In this document: in pieces, positions 46,365 through 58,903 of the stretch
How positions within the stretch are numbered: the stretch's first letter is position 1
How the letters are laid out: each line of letters begins with the position of its first letter
Assembly (NCBI RefSeq): GCF_963676685.1
Contig: NC_092349.1
Coordinates: forward strand, 77,004,001-77,068,000
Length of the DNA: 64,000 nucleotides
Direction of reading: 5' to 3'
Source of the DNA: Mytilus edulis
Taxonomy: Eukaryota
Position numbers and translations under genes: made by a program
The notes under the pieces: generated by a model
Told to the model about the DNA's origin: nothing
Seen by the model: the letters and a program-made list of their open reading frames with translations, nothing else
Database searches by the model: none

Positions 46365-49300
46365 TTATCGTGCTAATTCTGTTGTCTGAGGAGGTTGATC
46401 TACCCTGTATACATAATCTGCTAGTGTAAAGTATCCACGGTATTCTACTTCATTTGGTGTTGTGTCGTTATGGTAATGACCACCCTGACCATGTTCACTG
46501 TAACAATGGAAATGTTCAACTCTTAAATCCATACCCTAAAATGACAAATAATTAGTATATTGAAGTCACATTCAGCATGATTCTACACATCAAGTTTTAA
46601 TGTTCCAAGTTATTAAAATATTCTTATTCAAAAAGTCAAATCTCACAACTGACATTTTCACAAACTACAGCATATCATACAATAGGAAGGCATGTACCCA
46701 AAAGAATTCAATCAAAGGCTTGCAAATTTGAGAGAATTGCTTTCATTTTGCATTTTCAATTGCATTGTAAGAAGTGTTAAGAATTGTAAAGGCTACATTT
46801 GAAGATTTTAATACATGAATTTAAAACTTTTGTAAACATTATAAATTCCTTATCAAAACATTGGAAACGACTGTTATTTTAGTGATATCTCTTTCACACA
46901 TTCATGACCATTTCTAACAAATGGCTCCTGCAACTAAAATTGTATTCTTTTTAATCCCTAAATGGATTGTGTGATAATTGGTCTCGTAAAACAGTCATAT
47001 CCAATTGTATTTTTGTCCATCTGATGAGTTAAGCCTTTTTCAACTGATTTTTATAGTTCGTTCTTATGTTGTACTGTTATACCACTGTCCCAGGTTAGGG
47101 GGAGGGTTGGAATCCCTCTTAAATGTTTAACCCGTCACATTATTTATGAATCCCTCTTAAATGTTTAACCCGCCACATTATTTATGTATGTGCCTGTCCC
47201 AAGTCAGGAGCCTGTAATTCAGTGGTTGCCGTTTGTTTATGTGTTACATATTTGTTTTTCATTCATTTTGTTTATATAAATAAGGCCGTTAGTTTTCTCG
47301 TTTGAATTGTTTTACATTGTCATATCGGGGCCTTTTATAGCTGACTATGCGGTATGGGCTTTGCTCATTGTTGAAGGCTGTACGGTGACCTATTGTTGTT
47401 AATGTCTTTGTTATTTTGGTCTCTTGTGGACAGTTGTCTCATTGGCAATCATACCTCATCTTCCTTTTTATATGTGACTATAATGACAAATACTTACTGG
47501 GTCATGTGACACAAGTTCTCCAAGACAAACTAATGGACTGTCCATTTCATAAAACTTTAGCCATTTTCCTACTTGCTCTTGAGAAGTCAGTGGTGTTTTA
47601 GAAAAATCAGGCTGAAAAAAAAATAATGATTCAATTTATTTAATTGTACATGAATCATACAGATATGATTTACAAATTCTTAGATGAAAAATAGCTGTTT
47701 TTAAAAGGTGTCAGGAGAAAATTCAAACTTGTAGTCTTAACCGTTTAACGAATAAATGGAGAAAAAAATAGAGCATTATATAAAAGGGACATAACTAGAG
47801 AACTGTAAAAAAGTTATGCCACCCAAATTCAAACTTGATCTGTGTTTTATGGTAATAGGCATTGTGTATTAGTTTTATAACATTTGGTTGAGGCAAACTT
47901 AGATTACAGAATGAAAGCAAAAAATTCAGCAATTTTTCCATTTGTAAAGGGGCATTACTCTAGAAATTTTACAAAAACAGACAAAGCTTAAATGCAAAAT
48001 ACAGAGATTGAAAAAAGTGCAGAATAGTATTTATATATACCATTATATGAAGGTTAGCTTTCCCCTTCTCCACCAGAAAGACACCACCTAGTGCCACAGG
48101 TTTGTTGTCATAATGACTGCCCAGGACCTTTCTAATACAGGACATAAAATTTTCTTCTCCAGTTCTCTTACTAGCCTTTACTTCTATCACCTAAAAAGAA
48201 CAAAAGTATATCAGGTAATACATGATATTAATACATCAGTGTCAGTAACATGGTAGTGTTATGGATAATTTGTTGACATCTTTACGTTTATTTCAGCCTA
48301 TCGCCACATTTGTTTTGGTTGAACAGTAAGGCTTGTCATTTGGGAAAATGACAAAATTTAATTAATTATCATTTGGTAAAATTTGTCAGATACTTGCTAT
48401 TACGACAAACACTGAATATTCTGAAAAAAAGTTTTATAAGTGTTTTTTCAGAACCCATCATTTGCATCAAATAAACTACACAAAAATTAATCACTTCTGT
48501 ACTCCTAATTTAATATAAACAAAAATTTCTAATGTAAAATGCATTCACTGTATTCAAAATCTGATGAATATATCTGGGTCTACAACATTTTTTTATTTAG
48601 ATTGCAGTTGTCTTTGTCATACTTTATATTTTTTTGTAGACTGCTGTTTGTCTTTTTTCAACTTAGTTTTTTTTTTTTAGCATTACTGTGCATTTGGTTT
48701 ATCAGAACTTTTTAAGTAATTGTTTTAAATTCATATAGCTTTAGAGAACAATTAATATGAACTGTTTCTATGTTTATATCATGAATTATCCATGAAATAG
48801 TTTTGAATGGTGGTCAGCTAAGTGTCACCACAGCACTTAAATGGGCAACATCCTATTTTATCTAGAAATATATTTATGTCTATTTCATGACTTATGAAAC
48901 AACTACTAACCTTTCCTGGGTTGCCATCACAACATAAAAAATTTCCCATCAAAGAAAATTCATTTTTAGTCAGTGTCTCCTGGATACACCCTCCATCCTG
49001 TCAAAAAAAAAATTAATGAAAAAGACTTTAAGGTCATTACATTGTGTAGTAACAAAACGTACAACACATACATGAAAAAAAACCCCACTTTTTCTGTTTG
49101 CTGGTTTCAATTTTCTTAGTTTACCCTTGAAATTAGTGTGGAAATGTTTTTTGTTTTTATAATTACTGTGATTCTTAGAGTTATCTCCAGTTGTATCTTA
49201 GAGTTATCTCCCATATGTTGTCTATTCATCCAAACTGTGTTGATAAAGCATATTGCATGAATAAAAATCTGTAGCTTTATATGTAAATTAATACATTTTG

Positions 49301-52300
49301 TTCCCCTAAATTTAAATCAAATAATGTTGGCATATGCCTATACTTAATATATATAAGCCAGTTTTCACTTTTTAAGAGATTGGAAATTCAATTCAACGAA
49401 CTGACAACTACCCTACACTTTAATCTATTTGTATTTGTAGGTCTGGTGCTTAATAATATAAGACAAGAGTAAAAAGTGAAACATTTCAGATTTTCTAATC
49501 ATACCTCTGTGCTGACTTTTGCAATGTGTGAATTCATAACAGCCACATTTCCAGACTTGTCTAACTTTACATCATTAATCAGCTACAAATAGAATTTTTT
49601 AAAACTGGTTTAAATTTGATTGATTGATCTATTGTTGGTGTTTAACACCACTTGTCTATTTCATGGAAGTTTTTATTGGTGGAGTTATATATAAGGATCT
49701 TTGCTATTCCTTGACTAATATTCATGGTAACTGTTGGGATTTTTTGTTTAATTCTTTTAAGTTATGTTTAAGTATTGAAAACATAGTCATACCATTTATT
49801 ATTATATTATTTTTAACCGTAGATTTTTCTTTAAAAATATTAATCAATTTCAAAAGAAAATAAACATTAAGAAATTGAGGTACATGTATACAAAATGAAA
49901 ATGAAATAAAGAATAAATAGGTTATATACAAATTAGTTCATTATTTTGTGTTGCCTATTAACCATACAAGCATGTTTTCTATACATTGAAATTTTTGAAA
50001 TACATAATCAATGGGGGTTGATCCAGTGTTCAATGACAAAGGGGTTAGGAAAGGGGATAATTTTTCATTATACCAAAAAAAATTGCACATGTAAGCAATG
50101 TATGTCTCTCCATTGATGCTCAAGGCCTGTTGAAATTTAAAAAACTAATACAAGAGCTGAAGAGCCTATAACACTAATCATTACCAAAGCCTAAACCAAA
50201 CATTGACAAGGAATTTTAATTTTCTTTCCTACTTACTTCACAACAGCACCCAATATGTTTGTGTGGCCCTGCTCCTGCTCCAATCATAAATGCTCCTGGT
50301 AAGTCAACCAATTCAGCTATTTGAGTAAATGTATAGACCTGAAAACATAAATGATTCATATTATTCTACCAACTTGATGCAATTTAAATGATAACAAGAT
50401 TGAGTTCAAAGTACCGTGAAAATTGGGAAAAAATCTCTAATTTGGCAATAAAATTAGAAAGATCAGATCATAGTGAACATTTGTACTTTAGAAGTTTCAA
50501 GTTGATTGAACTTTAACTGCATCAAAAACTACCTCGACCAAAAACTTTAACCTGAAGCAGGACAGACAGATGTACAAATGGACGGACGGACGGACGAACG
50601 AACGATGGATGGATGAATAAACTGACGCACAGACCAGAAAACATAATGCCCATAAATCACTGGCGTAGCACACGGTATGGTTGGTACGGTTCCGACCGTA
50701 CCAATTGTTACTGCAGGTACGGAAAACCGTACCAAAAAAATCAAAATATTAATAAAAAAAATATGCTAGAATAGTATGCAAACTTCCATACAATAAAAGT
50801 TTTACATTTACCCCTACCTGTTTTCTTAAAGAAAGAAAAAAAAAATCCTTCAACGTTAAAAGTACTGAGCATATCAATGTATGTAAGGCAGCAACCATTT
50901 GATTTTCTGGGGGGGGGGCTATGGGTTTTTTTTCTGTACAAACTTTTTTTTCGCCTGTGTCGCCTGTGGCGAAAAACAATCTATTTTTTTTGCAACAAGT
51001 CGAAAACAATTTTTTTCTTTCAATTTTAACATTACATATAGTGACAGCTGAGGGTGAAACAAACAATTTTTTTTTCTCAGAATCAAAAACAAATTATTTT
51101 TTTCTCCAAAAACTGGAAACAAACTTTTTTTTTCAAAAAAAAAACAATAGCCCCCCCCCCTCAAAAATCAAATGGTTGCTGCCTAACCGCAGTACCGTAA
51201 TCAGTTTATTGATTACCAATTAATGATTAATTAATGAAATTGTTAAAGATGCTGTTGCGGATAATGTTGGGTGTTGTTATTGGTTCATGTGCCAATCTGA
51301 CACAGACTGAATAAACTGAAACGGATGGATAATCTGAAGAATGCTATAGCCAGCAACAATCGCCAGCTAATTCGGAAAATCTCCACATGATGTTACTAGC
51401 TCTACGTTTAACGCATCAGTTTGGAAACATGTTCAAGGCCGAAGAAGCCAGCAGTTTTTTTATTTGATTAATTGTTGCAAGTTTTGATTCCAGATGATGT
51501 AGATATAAACCTCAAAACAATTGGAAATAGTAATATTATTGTTTGCACAATGCCATATACTTAGGTTTGCAGGTAAACGATATATGTAATGATTTCACTC
51601 GTTTTTTTTTTAATAAAACAACCACAAGTCAAGTTCAAAATCAGTTGATTGATTGTTTATTTTCTTAACGTACAGTTGCAAATATTTCGAGCATAATGTC
51701 AATTGAAATCAGAGGTGAGGGCTTTTTTTTATAATGTAAGATACCGTTTTGCAAAAGGGGATATAATCTTTATCGGGACTCCGGAATTGTTCATTAAAAG
51801 TCGGGGATTGGTTATGTTCGGGACTTCGTAAGACCTCTAAGGCTTCATACCCCTTTCTGCACTGTGCCTTTCTTTGAGCGCCCTTCCGTAACACAAAACC
51901 TGAACAAAAAATCACCATTATTTCACATATCTATACTTCACTAGGAGGCGGTTTTCGTGAGACCGCCGATTTACTCTTTCCATTGTTTATTACAATTATT
52001 TAGAAAACCTGTAGGAATGGTGAAGAATTAATGAAGAAAATACATTATATTTTTAAAAAAGAATCGCGATCAAGGGACAAAAGACAAACCAGAGAACAAG
52101 TAAGACACACAAGGACAACCAACACCATTCAACATTGAAAACTATAAAATCAAATTAGAAACACGGACCCCTAAAAAAACTGGTGTAACTAAATGTGCTC
52201 CAGAAGCGTAAGCAGGTCCTTCTTGCAAGACAACCATTGTCCAAAAAATCACGGTAATGGCGACAGGCTCTCTAATAAATGTGCATATGAAAAAATCGTA

Positions 52301-55300
52301 CACAATACATATAAACAAGATACAAATTATCAAGAACACAGTGATTTATTTCAGTTCTTCATCTTGACAGTCGCTGCATGATCATTTAAAATATTTATAT
52401 CCTACCAGGTCAAGATGACCCCCTAGTGTCGACTTAAGTGATTGTCTTGAACGTTCACATTAAAACATTTAACATGTTAACCCTGCCGCAATTTTGCGCC
52501 TGTCCCAAGTCAGGAACCTCTGGCCTTTGTTTTTCTTGTTTGTTTTCAATTTTAGTTCTTTCGTGTGTTATGGGGTCTAGAAAAGTGTGCATCCCCCAAA
52601 ACACGTTGTTTCTGCACCAACAGTCCTGTAATAAAAGACTTCTGAGGTTCATATCATTTACACTCAACGTTTTTTATCATGTATTTTTTTTTACTATCAA
52701 TGTTTAACCCGAGTTGGGGTTTGATAGTAAAAAAATTAGATACTATACGAATTCGGGTTCAACATTGATAATAAAAAAAATATCCGCTAAAAAACGTTGA
52801 ATGTAAATGATATGAACCTCGGAAGTCTTATATTATAGGACTACCAGACCGGCCGCAGCTTATCCCATGCATGCAGTGTGTGAGGATTGTCATGATAGTT
52901 TTTTTACCCATTCCCGATCCTCATTCATTTTTCTATTCACTATAGCTCTAAAGTTGCTAGCCGCACTTTGATTGTTTTATTTTAAACATTAAAAATAATA
53001 ATATTAAGATCTTATAATAAATAAACTGACAGAAATCACTTGTAAATCATGAATTTTGCACAATGATTTGTCGCGAAGTATAGTATGACAGTGTTGTTCT
53101 CATTCACCAATCTTGCTATGTAAATGACACAAAAAATAGAAAACAAACTACAAAACCTGCAAGACACAGACATTCATTTTTTTTCAAATTGTCTTGTAAA
53201 AAATGCTGCTGCTCAAAAACATTTGTTAGTGCCAGGAAACACTCAGAATGCAGGATTTTAACGCTATAAACCCCAGAGCTTCTGGGGGCCTTAAGCGGCC
53301 CCCATTTCCCCTGCCGTAATGCAGCCTCGCTATGCGAGGCTGGATGGGCCACTTCGTGTCCCATATTATGTCTAATTTGCAGAAACCGTACCGTTATTTT
53401 TCGGCATGCTACTCCTATGAAATGGGGCATAAAAATGGGTAAATTTTTAAAACAGATTTTCTTTTCATCACAAGTACATAAAATGTAATTCCAACAATTA
53501 GGAAATACATGACTTAATATTGTACATTGTTGTTTTGGGTAGATCTCTGTTAAATTATCATAATGACCTCACATCCTTTGTCAGTACTCATGTTACGGTA
53601 TGTCAAGGTACAAGTACATTATTTCACATGAAGCTGATTGCAATGCACTGTCTGTTGAAATAATTTAAGCATTATATAATAAAAGAATACTAAATGCATT
53701 AATTGTAATGCTGTAATCTTATACAAAAATGGGGAAAGTGTAGTGTAACTATCATGATACAAATCCATAACAAGGACAATGAAAAACGTCAATAAAAATA
53801 TTGATATATCAAAAAATCTCCAGTTTTGAGGCCCAAACTCAAGCTGAATATTTTCAAATCTCTAGTTGTGACAAGACAACTCTGTCACATGTATGTTATA
53901 ATGTGAGTACCTTGTTAAGCTGTGGCAATGGTGTCAGATATGGAGGTCCACCAATGTCAGCAAGCCTGGGGTGTCCATTCAAACCTGTTCAAAAATGTTT
54001 TAATAAAATAAACTGAAAATTTATTTACTTATTGTTACCCTGAGAAAACATTTGTCAACCGCTGCAAAGCCAAGGTTGACAATGTTTTCTCAGGGTAACA
54101 ATCTGCTCTATCAACCTCTCAGCTATGTGTTATTTTATTTATTATATATTAATGTCCTTTCATTATTGTCTTTTACAGTTGTATTCTAAATTCAAAGCAT
54201 TTTACTTTGAGGTCAGTGTCACGAACATAACAATGTTACAGGTATTCGAAATATCAAGACAACAGATGTGCAACAAGATGTTTTATTTTTGCATTCAAGT
54301 AAAAAGTTCTGTGCCAAAACGTAGAACTTAAGTTTTGTCTTTAATGCCCGATCTTAATTCAATTCATTGTCATTTAAACTGTCGATTTTTGATTAGTCTT
54401 CCCACAGGGTGACATTTATAATAATTGTCACCCGCTAATGTGATACAGTAAATTGTCACCCTCATATTAGCCAATCAAAATCTAGCATTTTAATGTGAAA
54501 TATAATAAAAAGATTTACCTGGTGCTGAAAGACCATAAGGTTTCTGGGTCAGATCGGGACAATCCACAACATTCACACTGACTGTTGAAAAGTTCTTCTC
54601 CAAACCATCATTCAATACTACAAAAAAACAGATGTGAATGCGAGTAAACAAAAAAACAAGTATTCATACAATTGGTGAGAAAAAAGCAACTTAAAATCAT
54701 TATTACTTGTCTTAGTCTCTATTACACTATTTAGTCTATTGAATGAAGTCTTTCTAAATACAATTTTAGTACTTTTTCCTTTTCAGAACAAAACAAAGCT
54801 TATTAAAATAAGATCTTTGTTACTTATCAACTATATATGTAAAATGTATCAGGTCTTGATTAAAAATAAATTTTCATCATGGTGGAATCTGTTCCTATTT
54901 GAAAGTAAAAGTAGATGTACCTGTCACGCATGCCACTGGAATGGGTATGTGTTTTTAAATATATCAACGACCATGGTGTGAAACTTGATTAATGTTTTGT
55001 TTCTTCATCAGGTGTCTGTTTTATAAAATACAGTGCACCACATCTTATATCTAATGAGTATGAATGATCTGATCTTTATCTGCTGAAACTTGTATAATAC
55101 AAGTGAAAAAAAATGTCATTTAAGTACAGATGTAATAGAACTGATAATTTAATAAGTTTACTGTTTATATGACCAAAATTGTCAATTGACCCCTTAAGGT
55201 GGTATGGGAGTCTAAAATAAAAATGATATAATTTGTTCATACTTTGCCAACACGTAGTATCTATTTATATATGTTGAAATATATAATAAAAATGATAGGT

Positions 55301-56719
55301 CACCGCGCATTTTCTCAAGCTACAGGACGCGACAAAATGACACATTTTGTAAGGATTATACAGGAAAAAACACCATTTTGTGGTTAGAAGCTAAACAAAA
55401 TGATAGAATTGTTAAACACTTAAGGAAAAGATAGCTTTCAGACAATGCTTTGAGAATTTCAAAAGAAAAGATAGGGTCACCGTGAGTTTTCCAGCTAAAA
55501 TACAAAATAGGAAAATTCCATGTAGAATCCTTCAGAAAATGCACTATTTTAGAGTTACCTCCCCTTAAAATGGCAATTTAAAAAAATAAATAAAAAACAC
55601 ACAAAAATAATCAACATTAGCAAAAATATTAATATTTATAAGTTATATTCTTATAAATTGGTTCTTTTAAATGAAAATTCATATTAAATATCTGCATTCC
55701 TGCATCAAATTTTGCTACCTTGATAGAAAATCTTGACCTTTGGTTCACTGTTTTTTACAATCCAAGATGGAGGAAGACACCCATACCACCTTTTTAAAAG
55801 GAGTTATTGCCCTTTATTATCAATTTAACACAATTTGTTTATCATGTTTTCCTTGAAACTGCTGAGTGCTAAATCAAATTAAACCAAAGTTAAGCTGAAT
55901 GATTCTTATGTTTTATTTTCAGTTTCCTCAAAAACATGGCCACCAAGGCTAAAAATATAACATAAGGGAAACTGCAGTTTTTTTTACTTATATCTCAAAA
56001 AATAAAACATTTATAGCAAATCAGACAAGAAGGTGAACATGGGGAAGTATTCATTAGGTCGAAGTCTACCGGCTGCTCAGAAATTATTAGCCAAATCTAA
56101 AGGGGTGGCAAGAGCTTTATATCCTGAGTAGCCCATAGTCCTAATTATATTTTATCATTTAACAAAATAACCTTGCCATTTATGACTAATAGGCAGCACA
56201 GGGCACTTACGACAATGACCCCTTAAGTATCTCTTATATTTTTTGTAAACACAAAAATAGTGAGAAAGAAAAAAAGGGGGTCCATGACAAAAGCCTGTTA
56301 TAGCAAAGGACAAACGAAATAGTGAACTTATATGTGAATGTATTGAAAGAATTTTCTAAATTTCAGATTGGCCTATTCTCAACTTTTAAAAGTACATAAA
56401 TAGACATGTTTTCAACTTTTATGTCCTATAGATAAAGGCAGATGTGGTGTGAGTGCCAATGAGACAACTCTCCATCCAAATAACAATTTAAAAAAGTAAA
56501 CCATTATAGGTTAAAGTACGGCCTTCAACACGGAGCCTTGGCTCACACCGAACAACAAGCTATAAAGGGCCCCTATGCATATTACCACGTACTATATTTT
56601 GACCTTAGTGAAAACTTATCTCAAATGAACAATTTTCATTATATTTCACCTTTTGCAACTTCTTCCATTGCTGGAACATGCATATCTGCCTTTTTTACGG
56701 GTACACTTTGCGATGACAT
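46365..56719 (-). CDS. C11orf54: C11orf54/PTD012 homologue (DUF1907 Zn-binding ester hydrolase-like), 314 aa; exons (transcript order) 56650-56719, 54519-54617, 53911-53984, 50237-50338, 49505-49582, 48911-48997, 48041-48190, 47498-47611, 46365-46535
   Basis: MSSQSVPVKKADMHVPAMEEVAK|VLNDGLEKNFSTVSVNVVDCPDLTQKPYGLSAP|GLNGHPRLADIGGPPYLTPLPQLNK|VYTFTQIAELVDLPGAFMIGAGAGPHKHIGCCCE|...|VIEVKASKRTGEENFMSCIRKVLGSHYDNKPVALGGVFLVEKGKANLHIM|PDFSKTPL...KWLKFYEMDSPLVCLGELVSHDP|GMDLRVEHFHCYSEHGQGGHYHNDTTPNEVEYRGYF...*. Contains VDCPDL, GAGAGP and EHxH...GGHYH zinc-ligand motifs; nine exons total 945 nt in frame. Confidence 0.95.
47004..47472 (+). mobile_element. Abundant SINE-like dispersed repeat (longest copy in window)
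   Basis: Core gtgcctgtcccaagtcaggagcc...gttgtctcattggcaatcatacc shared with partial copies at ~2335-2530, 11600-11990, 12260-12440, 26745-26845, 32015-32330, 33240-33720, 41015-41170, 52465-52530 and 56440-56575, on both strands. Confidence 0.75.
50658..53419. mobile_element. ~2.76-kb composite non-autonomous DNA element in C11orf54 intron 3
   Basis: Imperfect TIRs CACTGGCGTAGCA / TGCTACTCCTATG; the flanks gcccataaat|...|aaatggggcat rejoin into one hairpin-ended repeat; contains nested MITEs. Confidence 0.6.
50887..51183. mobile_element. Tourist/PIF-Harbinger-like MITE
   Basis: TAA|GGCAGCAACCATTTGATTTT...AAAATCAAATGGTTGCTGCC|TAA: 20-bp perfect TIR and TAA TSD. Confidence 0.85.
55196..55792. 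mobile_element. ~600-bp TIR element in C11orf54 intron 1
   Basis: AAGGTGGTATGGGAGTCT ... AGACACCCATACCACCTT inverted termini. A similar right terminus (gtaccacct) lies at ~190-199. Confidence 0.8.
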
Positions 56720-58903
56720 CTTTTTATCTGCTCGTTTATTTTGCAAGAAACTATGTACTTAGTGGGCTGTTGCCTGCCGTCTCTGTTATCGTAGCAATGA
56801 TTAGAGTTATCGTTACTAAAACTGGGCATTACGAAAAGCTGGAAGTCATTCATTCCATGCCAACACGGAAAGGCGGAAAAGGTAAATTGGGAATCAAGGC
56901 ATTATATATCTTTCTCCTGACATATAGAAAACCACTAACTTTAGAACAACAGAGAAGTCAATTTATAAGCGACCCAATGTACTTGGGGACAGGACATTTA
57001 TTTAGTCCAACCTTTTTTTCCATATTCAGTGATCATTTTTTTCCCTAATAATTTCAATTATTTTCGTGCCGGTTTTTTTCTTTATTACATGAACGCAAAT
57101 ATATGTATGCATCAGTGACCGCTGTGGATAGTAAACTTGGATTTGATAGTACATAGCAGAAAAAGTTATTTCCCATATATTTAAGTATAATTTGAAAATC
57201 AAATTAATCATTAAACAAAAAAATATCGGATATTGGAGTTTATTAATAGGGATCGAGAGGGCTGAAAAAATAGTCCTGTCCACAATTGAATTTGTCTTTT
57301 GATGTAATAAGAAAAAAATTGATACTATGCATGCTTTTTAAATGGAAAGTGTGACGTCATGATGCCGTGATTTTGTTCAGAACAGCACAAAACAGGCCAT
57401 GATCTACTCAAATATAATTCGAATCACAACTTTTCAGAGTGTTCCTAATAATTCTTTACCATGATAAAGGTTTTTTTCTTCAAAATATACCAAATTTCAT
57501 CTGTAAATACTCAGACCCTCCCCCCCCCCCTCCCCAGAATTCTTCTTTCTTTATCATTGGAATTACAAAAGACACAGTTAATTAATTTACATACTATAAA
57601 AAAGATCCCTTCACATCCTTGTCTTCACATAAGAACGATATCCACAGCGACAAATCTCACCAAGCTCTATATGATGAAGTACCATACTCGAAAATATGCT
57701 CATGGAATTCCTGAGATTAAGCTTTTCTTAGTATCTATATCAGTTAATATCAGGAATCATTCCATAAGTTTGGCTTTAAAATGATCTTGACCTCCATTTA
57801 TATAAATAAATTAATCACACAGAATCCGCGTCACTAGCAATGCTGAAAGTAAATTGATTCATCCTGTAATGCCTACCAGTATTAAAAAATTGAACAATGA
57901 TCGAAAATGAAATCCAATGTGTGTACAGAAATTGTAACGATTTTTTCCATCATCGGTCCACTATCAGACTATGTTGGAAATAAATTATCTTGTGTACGGA
58001 AATGTCCATAGATTAGATGACTGGGTCTAGCTGGGGTATACATATAATGGTGAATAGTGACAGAAAATGAAGATGAGTGGGAAATAGACGAACTAATAAA
58101 GAATAGGGGATAATGGTGTTCTAAATTATAAAGAAATGAGAATACTTATAATGATGTGCTATGATGTATAGTATAAAAGATATAGTGCTTGCTTGGTTGT
58201 TGTTCCCTGTGGCCAGCATTTGTAGGCATATCAAGGACGAGAACAAACCAACAAGGCAAAGAATACATTAAGTATGATATGCAAGAAAGGGTTCTTCCAG
58301 GATGAAGGCGGGAAATATGGACGGTCTCATTGACACTCATACCACATTATTCTTTTTATTCATTTATTTATTCATACCACTGTTAAACTGAGGTATGTCT
58401 GATAAACTGATAGTCAGTTTGTCTTGTAAGACTCCTCATCTAGAGAGTTGTTTCGAACGTTCTATAATTCGCACAAAGAGCTTGACACTTTCTTCTCAAG
58501 ACATCAGATTAAACTTTACCAATCCGGACGTGGCTGCGTATTTATACATCCCTCACCAAACGGACGTCTTAGTAAGATTAATTTAATATGACGGACTGAC
58601 CAAATTATATACCCCATTCAACTCTAGACAAGAGAAATAACGGACCAGGCAAATCACGAACATAGAGACAATTGACATATGAATTAAAGAATACAGAATA
58701 ACTACTAAATATGATCAAATATCATGAACCTTTGGCTCAGTTCTTTTAAATTTATTTATAAACATCGATTTAAATTTCCCCCGCTTCTAATCTTTACCAA
58801 TGAGTATGCGTTTAATTATACATATGTGACATAATATTACATTTAAATAAGTCAGATAAACAAGTTCAATACACACATCTCCATTATACACATACATGTA
58901 AAC

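Noticed and set aside
47021-47050. CTGATGA in the SINE-like repeat as a possible hammerhead core
   Set aside because: No GAAA after a helix II and no helix I/III pairing.
57352-57359. Perfect CRE palindrome TGACGTCA between the divergent C11orf54 and MIF starts
   Set aside because: A single 8-mer is expected by chance in 64 kb, and it cannot be assigned without TSS data.
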